DNA of 64,000 nucleotides from Candidatus Nomurabacteria bacterium RIFCSPHIGHO2_02_40_30 (GTDB lineage Bacteria > Patescibacteriota > Minisyncoccia > Phycocordibacterales > UBA9973): NCBI GenBank assembly GCA_001785445.1, contig MFTV01000010.1, forward strand, positions 101,566 through 165,565, given 5' to 3'. Below are positions 29,188 to 39,483 of this stretch, piece after piece. A program made the translations under genes and the position numbers. The notes beneath the pieces are model-generated. The model searched no databases, had not been told where the DNA came from, and saw only the letters and a program-made list of their open reading frames with translations. How positions within the stretch are numbered: position 1 is the stretch's first letter; each line of letters begins with the position of its first letter.

Positions 29188-30575
29188 ATGAATTAAAAGA
29201 GAAATGTGGAATCGTAGGCATATACGGTAAGGATTTACCTATATCTAGGCTGGCATTTTTCGGATTGTTTGCCTTGCAACACAGAGGTCAAGAAGCATCC
29301 GGTATTACGACAAGTGACGGTAAAAAATTATATACCCATAAAGGCGCAGGGTTGGTACCTCAAGCATACACAGAAAAAAGTATCCAAAACTTAAAAGGCT
29401 ATTTAGGAATAGGGCATAACAGATATTCAACCTCTGGTGGTAAAGCCCTCGACCACGCTCAACCGGTTGTGAAAAAAGATTTTGCTCTAGCTCATAATGG
29501 CAACTTGCCAAGTGTAAAGGCTCTTAAAGAATTTCTTTTGTCAAAAAAAGCTTTGCAAAAAAATCGTATGGACTCCGAACTCATAACTGATGCCATAGAT
29601 TTTTATATTAAAAAAGGAGAAACAATAGAGCAAGCTGTTAAAAATGTTTTTCCACTACTGACCGGCTCTTTTTCGCTGGTTATGATGGATAAGGACACAC
29701 TAGTTGCCGTGCGTGATTCATATGGAATGCGTCCTTTGGCATTAGGAAAAATCGGCAAAGGTTATGTAGTAGCCTCCGAGACATGTGCGCTTCAGACTAT
29801 TGGCGCAACATTCCTGCGAGAAGTAAAAGAAGGGGAAATGATTGTAATCAATAGTAAAGGAATAAAAAGCACGCAATTAGCCAAGCCGACTCCAAAACAC
29901 GACATTTTTGAATACGTTTATTTTGCCCGACCGGACAGTGTGCTAAACGGTAAGTTAATATATGAAGTTAGAAAAAACTTTGGAAAGGAACTGGCTCGTG
30001 AATTTAAGTTAAAAGTTGACGCTGTAGTGCCAGTGCCGGACACAGCTACGTCTGTGGCTTTGGGTTATAGTGAAATTTCAGGCATTCCTATCGAAATGGC
30101 TTTGATCAAAAATCGTTATGTACATAGAACTTTCATAGAGCCGGACCAGAAATCCCGTCGTAACAGCGTGGCGCTCAAGCTTATTCCTCTGCCGCAAGTG
30201 TTAAAAGGTAAAAAAATAGTATTAATAGATGACTCTATTGTAAGGGGAAATACGTGCAGAAAATTAGTCAAAAGACTCTTTGACGCAGGGACAAAAGAGG
30301 TACACCTTTTAATATCTTCTCCGCCGGTGCGTTTTCCGGACTTTTACGGTATCGACACTCCCGACCAAAAAGAACTTATTGCCTCGCATAAAACTGTGGA
30401 AGAAATCCGTAAATTTATCGGCGCCACAAGTTTGCACTTTTTATCTCTTGGCGGTCTTATAAAATCTATCGGCCTGCCAAGGAATCAACTTTCTCTTTCA
30501 TTGTTTAACGGAGTGTACCCAATTGATTTAAAAGAACGAAAGAAAGAAATAAATTATGATGTTCCAAAAAACTAA
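29184..30575 (+). CDS. purF: Amidophosphoribosyltransferase
   Basis: Ntn 'CGIVGIYG' and PRTase domain. Confidence 0.85.
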   Translation: MNELKEKCGIVGIYGKDLPISRLAFFGLFALQHRGQEASGITTSDGKKLYTHKGAGLVPQAYTEKSIQNLKGYLGIGHNRYSTSGGKALDHAQPVVKKDFALAHNGNLPSVKALKEFLLSKKALQKNRMDSELITDAIDFYIKKGETIEQAVKNVFPLLTGSFSLVMMDKDTLVAVRDSYGMRPLALGKIGKGYVVASETCALQTIGATFLREVKEGEMIVINSKGIKSTQLAKPTPKHDIFEYVYFARPDSVLNGKLIYEVRKNFGKELAREFKLKVDAVVPVPDTATSVALGYSEISGIPIEMALIKNRYVHRTFIEPDQKSRRNSVALKLIPLPQVLKGKKIVLIDDSIVRGNTCRKLVKRLFDAGTKEVHLLISSPPVRFPDFYGIDTPDQKELIASHKTVEEIRKFIGATSLHFLSLGGLIKSIGLPRNQLSLSLFNGVYPIDLKERKKEINYDVPKN

Positions 30576-31125
30576 AACGTCCAAAAAGACTAAATTAGCA
30601 CTTTTGGTTCACGAAGGAGGTACTCAAACTAATCTAAAAGCAATACGGGAGGCGATTGATAATGCTAGAATAAATGCTGAAATTTCTGCGGTAATTTCTG
30701 ATAGCCAAGATGCGACACCAATACTGGAGAGAGTGTCTCCAGACTATATATGTCTTGCTGGTTGGAAAAAAATTATTCCCGACGAAATAACTGAAAAATA
30801 CGCAAATAAAATACTGAACATACATCCAGGTTTAATTCCGGATATAGTGGACGGAAAAGTATTAAATCCTGACAATACCAAAGCTTTATGGAATAAGGGA
30901 ATGTACGGCAATAAAGCCATACAAAATTTCTTAGACCAAAAAGCCACTTACGCAGGCTCATCTCTCCATTTTTTAACTAACGAATTTGATTTTGGTCCGG
31001 TACTAGGAAAAACTTTTGAAAAAATTGAACCCGACGATACTGTGGAATCCTTATATGCTAGACTTAAGAAAAAAGAAAATGAACTTTATGTGGAAGTTTT
31101 AGAAAAATTATGCAAAACAAGTTAA
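30556..31125 (+). CDS. purN: Phosphoribosylglycinamide formyltransferase
   Basis: Motif 'ILNIHPGLIPD'. Confidence 0.8.
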   Translation: MMFQKTKTSKKTKLALLVHEGGTQTNLKAIREAIDNARINAEISAVISDSQDATPILERVSPDYICLAGWKKIIPDEITEKYANKILNIHPGLIPDIVDGKVLNPDNTKALWNKGMYGNKAIQNFLDQKATYAGSSLHFLTNEFDFGPVLGKTFEKIEPDDTVESLYARLKKKENELYVEVLEKLCKTS

Positions 31126-32417
31126 AAATTTTAATAATTGGCGCTGGTGGGGGACGGGAGCATGCACTAGGCTGGAAAATAGCCCAGTCGGGAAGAGCGG
31201 GAGAATTATTTTTCGCCAGAGGTAATGCAGGTACAGCGCAGATTGGCACCAACTTGGATATAAAAGAGACAGATACATCAGCGCTTTCAAATTTTGCAAA
31301 AGAGGAAAAAATAGATATTACTTTGGTAGCATCAGATGATGCGCTAGCAGCTGGAGTGGTAGATGAATTCAGGCAAGCTGGTTTAAAAATCTGGGGCCCA
31401 ACAAAAATAGCATCGAAATTAGAATGGTCAAAAGCATTTGCTAAAGACTTTATGCAGAGACACGACTTGCCTACAGCAAAATTTAGAGTTTTCAATAATT
31501 TTGAAAAGGCAAACGAATACCTCAAAGAGCAACCATTGCCTATTGTAGTAAAAGCAGATGGTTTGGCTTTGGGTAAAGGCGTGGTGATTTGCCATAGTGT
31601 TGAAGAAGCATATGGAGCCCTAGAAAATATAATGGTAAAAAAGATATTCGCAGATTCAGGCAATACCGTAGTCATAGAAGAATTCCTAGTCGGACCAGAG
31701 ATCTCAATTCATGCGTTGTCAGATGGAAAAAATTATGATATTTTTCCTCCTTCGCAAGATCATAAGAGAATAGGTGAAAACGACATGGGACCAAATACTG
31801 CAGGCATGGGCACCATCGCTCCACTGCCATTTGTAGATGAAGAAATAATGAAAAAGATAGATAAGGACATAATCGCTCCCACCTTAGAAGCTATGAGAAA
31901 AGAAGGAACTCCTTTTGAAGGCATACTATATCCGAGCCTTATGCTCACTAAAGATGGTCCAAAGATTATAGAATTTAACGCACGCTTTGGTGACCCAGAA
32001 GCACAAACTTATATGAGGCTTTTAGATACTGATTTATTAGATATTATTGAGGCCTGTGTTGATAAAAAATTAAACAAGACAAAAATTAAATGGAAAAATA
32101 GCTTTGCCTGCAATATTGCGCTGGCCTCAGGCGGATACCCAGGAAACTATATAAAGGGTAAAATAATTTCTGGTATTGAAGAAGTTAAATTGCAAAAAGA
32201 TATAATAATTTTTCACGCTAACACAAAAGTCGAAGGAGAAAAATTAGTCACCAGTGGCGGACGAGTGCTCGGAATTTCAAGTGTTGGCGATACTCTTGTC
32301 GAGGCACTTGCTAAAGCCTACAAAGCTATAGAGAAAATCTCGTTTGAAGGGATGCAATACAGAAAAGATATAGGAAAGTCAGCTCTTGATTTGGAAAAAA
32401 CTAATTATCCCAATTAA
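31110..32417 (+). CDS. purD: Phosphoribosylamine--glycine ligase
   Basis: Motif 'ILIIGAGGGREHALGWKIAQS' and ATP-grasp. Confidence 0.85.
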   Translation: MQNKLKILIIGAGGGREHALGWKIAQSGRAGELFFARGNAGTAQIGTNLDIKETDTSALSNFAKEEKIDITLVASDDALAAGVVDEFRQAGLKIWGPTKIASKLEWSKAFAKDFMQRHDLPTAKFRVFNNFEKANEYLKEQPLPIVVKADGLALGKGVVICHSVEEAYGALENIMVKKIFADSGNTVVIEEFLVGPEISIHALSDGKNYDIFPPSQDHKRIGENDMGPNTAGMGTIAPLPFVDEEIMKKIDKDIIAPTLEAMRKEGTPFEGILYPSLMLTKDGPKIIEFNARFGDPEAQTYMRLLDTDLLDIIEACVDKKLNKTKIKWKNSFACNIALASGGYPGNYIKGKIISGIEEVKLQKDIIIFHANTKVEGEKLVTSGGRVLGISSVGDTLVEALAKAYKAIEKISFEGMQYRKDIGKSALDLEKTNYPN

Positions 32418-33720
32418 AAAACTGGTCTCGGTCCGGACCGGTGCCGACTGATACAATTTTAACATTAAGGTCAGAAAGTTTCTTTTGAATGTAATTTAAA
32501 TAAGAAGTCAACTCTTTCGAAACTTTTCTTTTACTTTTGACTCCATAATTAGCATATCCCCAGCCCGGCATGTTTTCTGTGACTACGTCCGTCACTTGAT
32601 TTAAGTAAAGCGGAAATTCTTTTAAGGTTTTTTTATTTTGTTTATATCCGGTTACAACTTTTATTTTGTCACTTAGGCAAATATCGGCTTTATTTATAAA
32701 AATCTTATTAGCTCCAGAAAGTCCGATAGCGTAGCGTAATGCAAATAAATCGAGCCAGCCGCACATTCTGGGGCGTCCAGTGGTGGCGCCAAATTCATTC
32801 CCCGCATCTCGAAAGAGTTTTTCTATTTTATCGTCTTTCATTCGGCTTGGGAAACTTCCAGAGCCGACTTTGGTGGTATAGGCTTTTATAACTCCATAAA
32901 TGTTTTTTAGAGCAGTATGAGGCACACCCAGCCCGAGGCATACATTCGCTGGCAGGGTATTAGAACTTGTAACGTTAGGGTAATCTCCGAAATCCACATC
33001 TAGCATGACCGCTTGCGCCCCTTCGGCTAAAATATTTTTTCCTTCTCTTAATCTTTTTTGTATTGAAAAAGACACATCGCAAATTTTTAATTTTTTTAGT
33101 TCTTTTAAAGCTTCTAACCATTTAGTTCTGGCTTCTTTTATTTTTTGCTCCGGTATTTCAAAGCCATACTCTTTCTTGTACATCTTTAAAAGATTCATGT
33201 GGAACTTTGAAAGTATTGCTTCTTTTTTAGTAAAATCCGGCGACAGCACATCACCGACTAAAAGCACTCTCCTCGCTCGCACGTCGCTATAAGTGGGTCC
33301 TATGCCTCTCGAAGTAGTGCCTATTTGAGTTCCGAGCTTTTTTCTTCTGTACTCGTCGGCCTGGTCCAAAAATATATGCAAATACGAAACCAGCTTGGCG
33401 CGGTTTGAAATATAAAGTCGAGGAGTTACATTGAAGCCCAAGCTTTTTAGTTCTGAAATCTCTTTAATCAAAGATATGGCGTCCACCACCACGCCATTAC
33501 CCACATAAAGTTCTATTCCTTTTTGAAAACATCCGGAGGGCACAATATGCCCGACGAAAGTTCTGTCTCCTAGCTTCAAAGTATGACCCGCGTTTGCTCC
33601 ACCTTGGAAACGAGCAACCCCAGAATAAGCTCCGTGAGATAAAAGTTCATCTATATTTTTGCCTTTCCCTTCATCTCCCCACTGTAAACCGACAACAACG
33701 TCAATAAATCCTTTTTTCAT
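32401..33720 (-). CDS. purA: Adenylosuccinate synthetase
   Basis: Motif 'VVVGLQWGDEGKGK'. Confidence 0.9.
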   Translation of the reverse strand: MKKGFIDVVVGLQWGDEGKGKNIDELLSHGAYSGVARFQGGANAGHTLKLGDRTFVGHIVPSGCFQKGIELYVGNGVVVDAISLIKEISELKSLGFNVTPRLYISNRAKLVSYLHIFLDQADEYRRKKLGTQIGTTSRGIGPTYSDVRARRVLLVGDVLSPDFTKKEAILSKFHMNLLKMYKKEYGFEIPEQKIKEARTKWLEALKELKKLKICDVSFSIQKRLREGKNILAEGAQAVMLDVDFGDYPNVTSSNTLPANVCLGLGVPHTALKNIYGVIKAYTTKVGSGSFPSRMKDDKIEKLFRDAGNEFGATTGRPRMCGWLDLFALRYAIGLSGANKIFINKADICLSDKIKVVTGYKQNKKTLKEFPLYLNQVTDVVTENMPGWGYANYGVKSKRKVSKELTSYLNYIQKKLSDLNVKIVSVGTGPDRDQFFNWDN

Positions 33721-33723
33721 AAT

Positions 33724-35214
33724 TTAGCTTCCTGTGCTGTAGTTAGGGGCTTCTTTGGTAATGATAACATCGTGCGGATGGCTCTCTTCTATTCCAGAGT
33801 TTGTGATTCTAACAAACTTGGCTTTTTTCTGCAGAGTTTTAATATCTTTTGCTCCGCAGTACCCCATACCAGCTCGTAGCCCTCCTACTAGCTGGTACAT
33901 TACTTCAGAAAGTCCACCCTTAAAAGAAACTCGGCCAACAATCCCTTCGGGCACGAGTTTCTTAATATCATCTTCTGTATCTTGGAAGTATCTGTCTTTA
34001 GAGCCGAGCTGCATTGCGTCAATAGAGCCCATGCCACGATAAGTTTTATATTTTCTGCTTTCGTAAATCACTGTTTCCCCGGGAGATTCTTCAACTCCGG
34101 CAAAAAGCGAGCCGGCCATCACAGAGCTGGCTCCAGCCGCAATGGCCTTTGGTATATCTCCGGTAAAACGAATTCCTCCGTCGGCAATAACTGGCACACC
34201 TGAATTTTTAATAGCTTGCGCAACTTCATATACGGCAGAAAATTGAGGATAGCCTACGCCAGTAATAATACGAGTAGTGCAGATTGACCCCGGCCCTATG
34301 CCGACTTTTACGGCATCGGCTCCGGCCTTTACCAAGTCTTTGGCTCCCTCTCCCGTTGCCACATTACCAACTATAACTTCTAATTTCGGGAATTCTTTTT
34401 TTATTTTCTTCAACATTTGAATTACTCCTTTTGAATGGCCATGGGCGGTGTCGATGACTACTACATCAACTCCATTTTTGTCTAAAATTTTTACTCTCTC
34501 TAAAGTATCTTGTGCTACTCCAACTGCCGCACCTACCCGCAGACGCCCTAAGCTGTCTCTGCAGGAATTCGGTCGAGATTTTACTTTCATTATGTCTTTA
34601 TAAGTTATAAGACCAATGAGTTTATTTTGTTTATCAACTAAAGGCAACTTTTCAACTTTATGCTGTGTTAGTATTTTTTCTGCTTCTGCTAAATCCGTAC
34701 CGAGACTACCTGTTACTAAATTTGTCTTAGTCATAACTTCTAAAACAGTAAGTTCTAAATTTTCCTGAAATCGTAAATCGCGATTAGTTAAAATTCCCTT
34801 CAAGACCATGTTTTTATCAACTATCGGAATACCCCCAATTTTATTTTCTTTCATAATATCAAGAGCTTCCTTTAGTAAGGCATGTCCTTCTAAAGTTATG
34901 GGGTCGTGAATCATGCCACTTTCAGAACGCTTAACTTTGCGGACTTCTTCTGCTTGCTTTTCCTTACTCATATTTTTATGAATAATGCCTATGCCTCCTT
35001 CCTGTGCCATAGCTATGGCCAATGCTGCTTCAGTAACAGTATCCATAGCGGCGGAAACGATCGGAACATTTAGTTTTATCTTTTTAGTCAGATTTGAAGA
35101 TATGTCAACTTCTCTAGGTAAGACTTCCGAGTACAAAGGCACTAGGAGAACATCGTCATAAGTAAGGCCTTCTTTGAAATTTTCGCTTATTGTTCCTTTT
35201 GTTTTGGAAGTCAT
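33724..35214 (-). CDS. guaB: IMP dehydrogenase (with CBS pair)
   Basis: N-terminal '[10 protein letters not shown]', catalytic '[11 protein letters not shown]', CBS domains. Start placed at MTSKTKG (ATG 35212-35214). Confidence 0.9.
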   Translation of the reverse strand: MTSKTKGTISENFKEGLTYDDVLLVPLYSEVLPREVDISSNLTKKIKLNVPIVSAAMDTVTEAALAIAMAQEGGIGIIHKNMSKEKQAEEVRKVKRSESGMIHDPITLEGHALLKEALDIMKENKIGGIPIVDKNMVLKGILTNRDLRFQENLELTVLEVMTKTNLVTGSLGTDLAEAEKILTQHKVEKLPLVDKQNKLIGLITYKDIMKVKSRPNSCRDSLGRLRVGAAVGVAQDTLERVKILDKNGVDVVVIDTAHGHSKGVIQMLKKIKKEFPKLEVIVGNVATGEGAKDLVKAGADAVKVGIGPGSICTTRIITGVGYPQFSAVYEVAQAIKNSGVPVIADGGIRFTGDIPKAIAAGASSVMAGSLFAGVEESPGETVIYESRKYKTYRGMGSIDAMQLGSKDRYFQDTEDDIKKLVPEGIVGRVSFKGGLSEVMYQLVGGLRAGMGYCGAKDIKTLQKKAKFVRITNSGIEESHPHDVIITKEAPNYSTGS

Positions 35215-35281
35215 AATGTATATTATGTATATTAACATAAAATTTGAGTAAGGCAATTATTGTGCTAATATGGTTTATTAT

Positions 35282-36778
35282 ATGAAAAAGAAAATCACTT
35301 CAGCGTTGATTTCAGTTTTCAGCAAAGATGGACTTGAAGATATTGTAAAGCTCCTTTCTAAACACGGAGTAAAGATTATTTCTACAGGTGGTACTGCCGA
35401 ATTTATACGTAAACATAATATATCCGTGACTGAGGTAGAAACTATTGCCAAATTTCCGGCAATTTTTGGTGGCAGAGTTAAAACACTTCAACCGCAAATT
35501 TTTGGTGGCATTTTAAATAGGAGAGACAACAAAGAAGACCAGAAGGAAAAAGCTGAACATAAAATAGAAGACATAGACTTAGTAATTGTAGATTTGTATC
35601 CATTTGAGGAAACACTTGCAAGTGGTGCGAATGAAGAAAACATTATTGAAAAAATTGATATAGGAGGAATATCTCTTATTCGCGCGGCAGCTAAAAACTT
35701 TAATGATGTAGTTGTAATATCATCAAAACATCAATACCAAGAGCTAACTAATATATTGAACTTAGGAAATGAAACAAGTCTGGAAGAACGCAGAAAGTTT
35801 GCCGGTGCTGGGTTTGAAGTAACAAGCAAATATGATGCTGCGATAAGAGGATATTTCCAAGGCACATCACTGCGTTATGGAGAGAATCCACATCAAAAAG
35901 CGGAGTTTGTGGGGAACTTGGAAGAAAGTTTTACCCAACTTCACGGAAAAGAACTTTCTTATAATAATCTCATAGACACAGAAGCTGCAATTTTGACGGT
36001 GACTGATTTCCAAAAGCCTGCTTTCGCTATTATCAAACACATGAATGCTTGTGGCCTTGCTGTCAGGGAAGAAGGGGAATTATTTGAAGCTTATAAGGCC
36101 GCCTATGATGCAGACCCTGTCTCAGCATTTGGTGGCATACTCGCGGCCAACAGAACTATTACTGAAGACATCGCCAAACTTATCAAAGAAGTTAAACTTT
36201 TTATCGAAGTAATAATTGCTCCAGACTTTTCGAAAGAAGCTCTAGCTATATTAATGGAGAAAAAAGATTGCCGAATTTTAAAATGGAATAATCCAAACCT
36301 GCCAACAAAACAAAATCGTACTTGCTTTACCGGAATTTTGTCGCAAGACCGAGATACACACGTGGAAACAGGAGAGGACTTAACAGTAGTGACGAAACGC
36401 GCGCCGGACGAAAGAGAAAGAAAAGATTTATTAATTGCCGCAGTGACTACAAAACATTTAAAATCAAATTCTGTTGCGTTGGTGAAAGATGGCACGCTTC
36501 TTGCTATGGGTTGTGGGCAAACTTCGCGCATTGATGCCTTAAAGCAGGCAATAGATAAAGCCCAAAGAATACAGCAATTTGGATTCTCACTTCAAGGTGC
36601 AGTGCTCTCTTCGGAAGCATTCTTTCCATTTCCTGATTGTGTAGAATTGGCTGCTAAAGTGGGAGTTACTGCCGTAATTCAGCCAGGAGGCTCGAAAAAC
36701 GACCAAGCATCCATAGACATGGCTGACAAATATAATCTGGCAATGGCAACAACTGGGTTTAGACATTTCAAACATTAA
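35282..36778 (+). CDS. purH: Bifunctional AICAR transformylase / IMP cyclohydrolase
   Basis: Motif 'ALISVFSKDGLEDIVKLLSKHGVKIISTGGTA' (MGS-like) plus AICARFT domain. Confidence 0.9.
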   Translation: MKKKITSALISVFSKDGLEDIVKLLSKHGVKIISTGGTAEFIRKHNISVTEVETIAKFPAIFGGRVKTLQPQIFGGILNRRDNKEDQKEKAEHKIEDIDLVIVDLYPFEETLASGANEENIIEKIDIGGISLIRAAAKNFNDVVVISSKHQYQELTNILNLGNETSLEERRKFAGAGFEVTSKYDAAIRGYFQGTSLRYGENPHQKAEFVGNLEESFTQLHGKELSYNNLIDTEAAILTVTDFQKPAFAIIKHMNACGLAVREEGELFEAYKAAYDADPVSAFGGILAANRTITEDIAKLIKEVKLFIEVIIAPDFSKEALAILMEKKDCRILKWNNPNLPTKQNRTCFTGILSQDRDTHVETGEDLTVVTKRAPDERERKDLLIAAVTTKHLKSNSVALVKDGTLLAMGCGQTSRIDALKQAIDKAQRIQQFGFSLQGAVLSSEAFFPFPDCVELAAKVGVTAVIQPGGSKNDQASIDMADKYNLAMATTGFRHFKH

Positions 36779-36821
36779 TTTTTTAGCTTGTATCATTTTG
36801 TAAAAATGCTAGAATAATTTT

Positions 36822-37340
36822 ATGACAAAAAACCCGAAGGTAGGCATTATTATGGGCTCAGATACGGATTTAGCAATCTTTGCTGAATCAGGAGGAATAC
36901 TTGAAGAATTCGGAATTCCTTATGAAATCACAGTGGCCTCAGCTCATCGCGCGCCTAATTTAGTCCATAAATATATTACGACCGCTAAAGCTCGCGGAAT
37001 TAAAGTTATCGTAGCTGGCGCAGGCGGCGCAGCGCACTTAGCCGGAGTGTGCGCCTCTCTGACAACACTTCCAGTCATCGGAGTCCCAACTAAAGCGAAA
37101 ACTTTAGACGGGCTTGACTCTTTGCTTTCAACAGCCCAGATGCCTCCAGGAGTGCCAGTAGCCACCGTCGGCATCAATGCCGGAAAAAATGCCGGAATTT
37201 TAGCTGTTCAGATATTGGCAACAAGTGATAAAAATCTGGAAGAGAAATTGGTTGTATATAAAAACAAACTTGAACAAGACAATAAAACAAAAGGAGAAAA
37301 ATTAGGAAAAATCGGCTATAAAAAATATTTAGATAAATAA
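36822..37340 (+). CDS. purE: N5-CAIR mutase / AIR carboxylase
   Basis: Motif '[11 protein letters not shown]...ASAHRAP'. Confidence 0.85.
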   Translation: MTKNPKVGIIMGSDTDLAIFAESGGILEEFGIPYEITVASAHRAPNLVHKYITTAKARGIKVIVAGAGGAAHLAGVCASLTTLPVIGVPTKAKTLDGLDSLLSTAQMPPGVPVATVGINAGKNAGILAVQILATSDKNLEEKLVVYKNKLEQDNKTKGEKLGKIGYKKYLDK

Positions 37341-37342
37341 AA

Positions 37343-38464
37343 ATGACGAACAAAAAAAATGAATACGCAAAGGCGGGTGTAGATTATACTGTCATGGAGC
37401 CATTTAAGATGGCGATGATTGAAGCCGGTAAAAAAACACTAAAATTCCCCAATAAAAGGGGAGTCTTTATAAATAAAGATGCAACACATGCCCATGGCGC
37501 AGTATTTGAATATCGTGGTAAAGAGCCACATATTTGGTGCCAAACACAGGAAGATCTAGGAAATAAAAACTGGATTGCCGAATGGATGTATCAAAAAACT
37601 GGCAAATCTTATTACGAATCCATAGCTATCGACACAGCACTGATTGTGGTAAATGACGTCATAGCCCAGGGCGCTATGCCGGTGGTTTTCACAGATCAAC
37701 TGGAAGCAAGTAGAAGCGATTGGTATAAAGATAAAAAACGAGCGCAAGATTTCGCAAATGGTTTTCTAAAAATCTGCCGTGAAGTAGGCATGGCTCTGCC
37801 GGCAGGAGAATCTGCCAGCGTAACTTATATAATAAATCCAAAAGCTCCGGTTAAAGAAATAGTCAGCTTGAGCGGTTCAGTCATCGGAATAGTGACGCCT
37901 AAAGAAAATTTAATTACTGGTCAAGATTTGACTGTCGGTGACCATATTATCGGCGTAGCTTCTTCGGGACTTCACGCCAACGGAATTAGCTTAGTTATTA
38001 AAAAAGCACTCGAACTCCCCAAACAATTTTTAACAAAGCTCCCGAATGGCAAGACTCTGGGCGAAGAAGCGCTTATTCCTACCCGCTCATACGTAGCTCT
38101 GATTGAAGCCTTGCTTAAAAATAAAATAAAAATTCACGCTCTACTCCCAGGGACAGGGGATGGAGTAGGTAAAATTGCTTTTGATAAGAGACCATTTACT
38201 TACAGAATTCATTCTTGGCTTAGTATTCCGCCTTTGTTTAAATTTTTTCATGAACAGTTAAAAATTTCGCTTGAGAATTGTCTGAAAACTTTCAATTGGG
38301 GAGTAGGGTATTACATTTTTGCCCCAAAAGAAGAAGTTGCTAAAATACTAAAAATCGGTGAAGATAAGGGGTACGTAATGGCGGACGTGGGTATTGTAGA
38401 AAAGGGCAAGCGACAAGTTATTTTCGAACCGGAAAAAATTATTCTGATGCCGCCGGGGAAATAA
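37343..38464 (+). CDS. purM: Phosphoribosylformylglycinamidine cyclo-ligase (AIR synthase), divergent
   Basis: Regions 'VNDVIAQGAMPVVFTDQ' and 'ASSGLHANGISLVIK' match PurM core motifs. The N-terminus is atypical. Confidence 0.7.
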   Translation: MTNKKNEYAKAGVDYTVMEPFKMAMIEAGKKTLKFPNKRGVFINKDATHAHGAVFEYRGKEPHIWCQTQEDLGNKNWIAEWMYQKTGKSYYESIAIDTALIVVNDVIAQGAMPVVFTDQLEASRSDWYKDKKRAQDFANGFLKICREVGMALPAGESASVTYIINPKAPVKEIVSLSGSVIGIVTPKENLITGQDLTVGDHIIGVASSGLHANGISLVIKKALELPKQFLTKLPNGKTLGEEALIPTRSYVALIEALLKNKIKIHALLPGTGDGVGKIAFDKRPFTYRIHSWLSIPPLFKFFHEQLKISLENCLKTFNWGVGYYIFAPKEEVAKILKIGEDKGYVMADVGIVEKGKRQVIFEPEKIILMPPGK

Positions 38465-38472
38465 TTATGAAT

Positions 38473-38537
38473 CCCGTTAGAAATCAACTAACGGGAAATT
38501 AAAAGAGAAAATTATAAATGTTAAAATTTCTAACGGG
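38473..38537 (+). promoter_or_regulatory. Alternative-pairing hairpin element in the purM-purC leader
   Basis: Segment 'cccgttag' (38473-38480) is complementary to two downstream copies of 'ctaacggg' (38488-38495 and 38530-38537). The second copy abuts the purC ATG. Confidence 0.3.
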
Positions 38538-39470
38538 ATGAATATACTAAAAGAAACAAATTTTAACAACTTGGGGAAAAAATATACTGGTAAAGTTAGA
38601 GATGTTTATATCCAGAATGACAAAATTATAATGGTTTCCACTGACAGATATTCCGCTTTTGACCGCAATCTGGCGCTCATTCCTTGTAAGGGACAAGTTT
38701 TAACTCAAGTTACTGATTTTTGGTTTAATCAAACTAAAGATATAGTACAAAATCACGTTATTGAAATACCAGACCCAAATACAGTAGTAGCTAAAAAATG
38801 CACCGTGTTGCCAGTGGAGATGGTAGTGCGCGGCTACATTACCGGAGTTACTGGAACTTCCACTTGGACTCTATACCAAAAGGGGCAGAGAGACTTCGGG
38901 GATTTTGTTTTGCCTGACGGAATGAAAAAAAATCAAAAACTGGATAAACCGGTCATAACTCCTACGACGAAACACGAAGCTCACGACAGGCCCTTGACTA
39001 GCAAAATTATTTTAGAAGAAAAAATGATGTCACCGGAGATTTGGCAAAAAATTTCTGATATCTCTTTGAAGCTTTTCGCCCGCGGGCAGGAAGTTGCCTT
39101 AAATAGGGGACTGATTCTGGTAGACACTAAATACGAATTTGGTTTAGATAAAAATAACGAGATAATGCTGATAGACGAGATTCATACGCCGGACTCTTCT
39201 AGGTACTGGCAGGCGGACTCATATAAAGGTAGAATTGAGCAAGGTTTAGAGCCAGAAAATTTTGATAAGGAGTTTCTGCGCTTGTGGTTTAAAGATAACT
39301 GCGACCCGTATAAAGATGAAAAACTTCCAGAAGCGCCAGTGGGGATGGTGACTGAACTTTCCCGAAGATATGTAAAAATTTGCGAGCAAATTACTGGAAT
39401 TCCTTTTCAAATGGAAAATGGAGACATCGGGAAGAGGATAGAGGATAATCTAAAAAAATACGCAATATAA
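38538..39470 (+). CDS. purC: SAICAR synthetase
   Basis: Motif 'YTGKVRDVY'. Confidence 0.85.
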   Translation: MNILKETNFNNLGKKYTGKVRDVYIQNDKIIMVSTDRYSAFDRNLALIPCKGQVLTQVTDFWFNQTKDIVQNHVIEIPDPNTVVAKKCTVLPVEMVVRGYITGVTGTSTWTLYQKGQRDFGDFVLPDGMKKNQKLDKPVITPTTKHEAHDRPLTSKIILEEKMMSPEIWQKISDISLKLFARGQEVALNRGLILVDTKYEFGLDKNNEIMLIDEIHTPDSSRYWQADSYKGRIEQGLEPENFDKEFLRLWFKDNCDPYKDEKLPEAPVGMVTELSRRYVKICEQITGIPFQMENGDIGKRIEDNLKKYAI

Positions 39471-39483
39471 AATTACTGATAAT

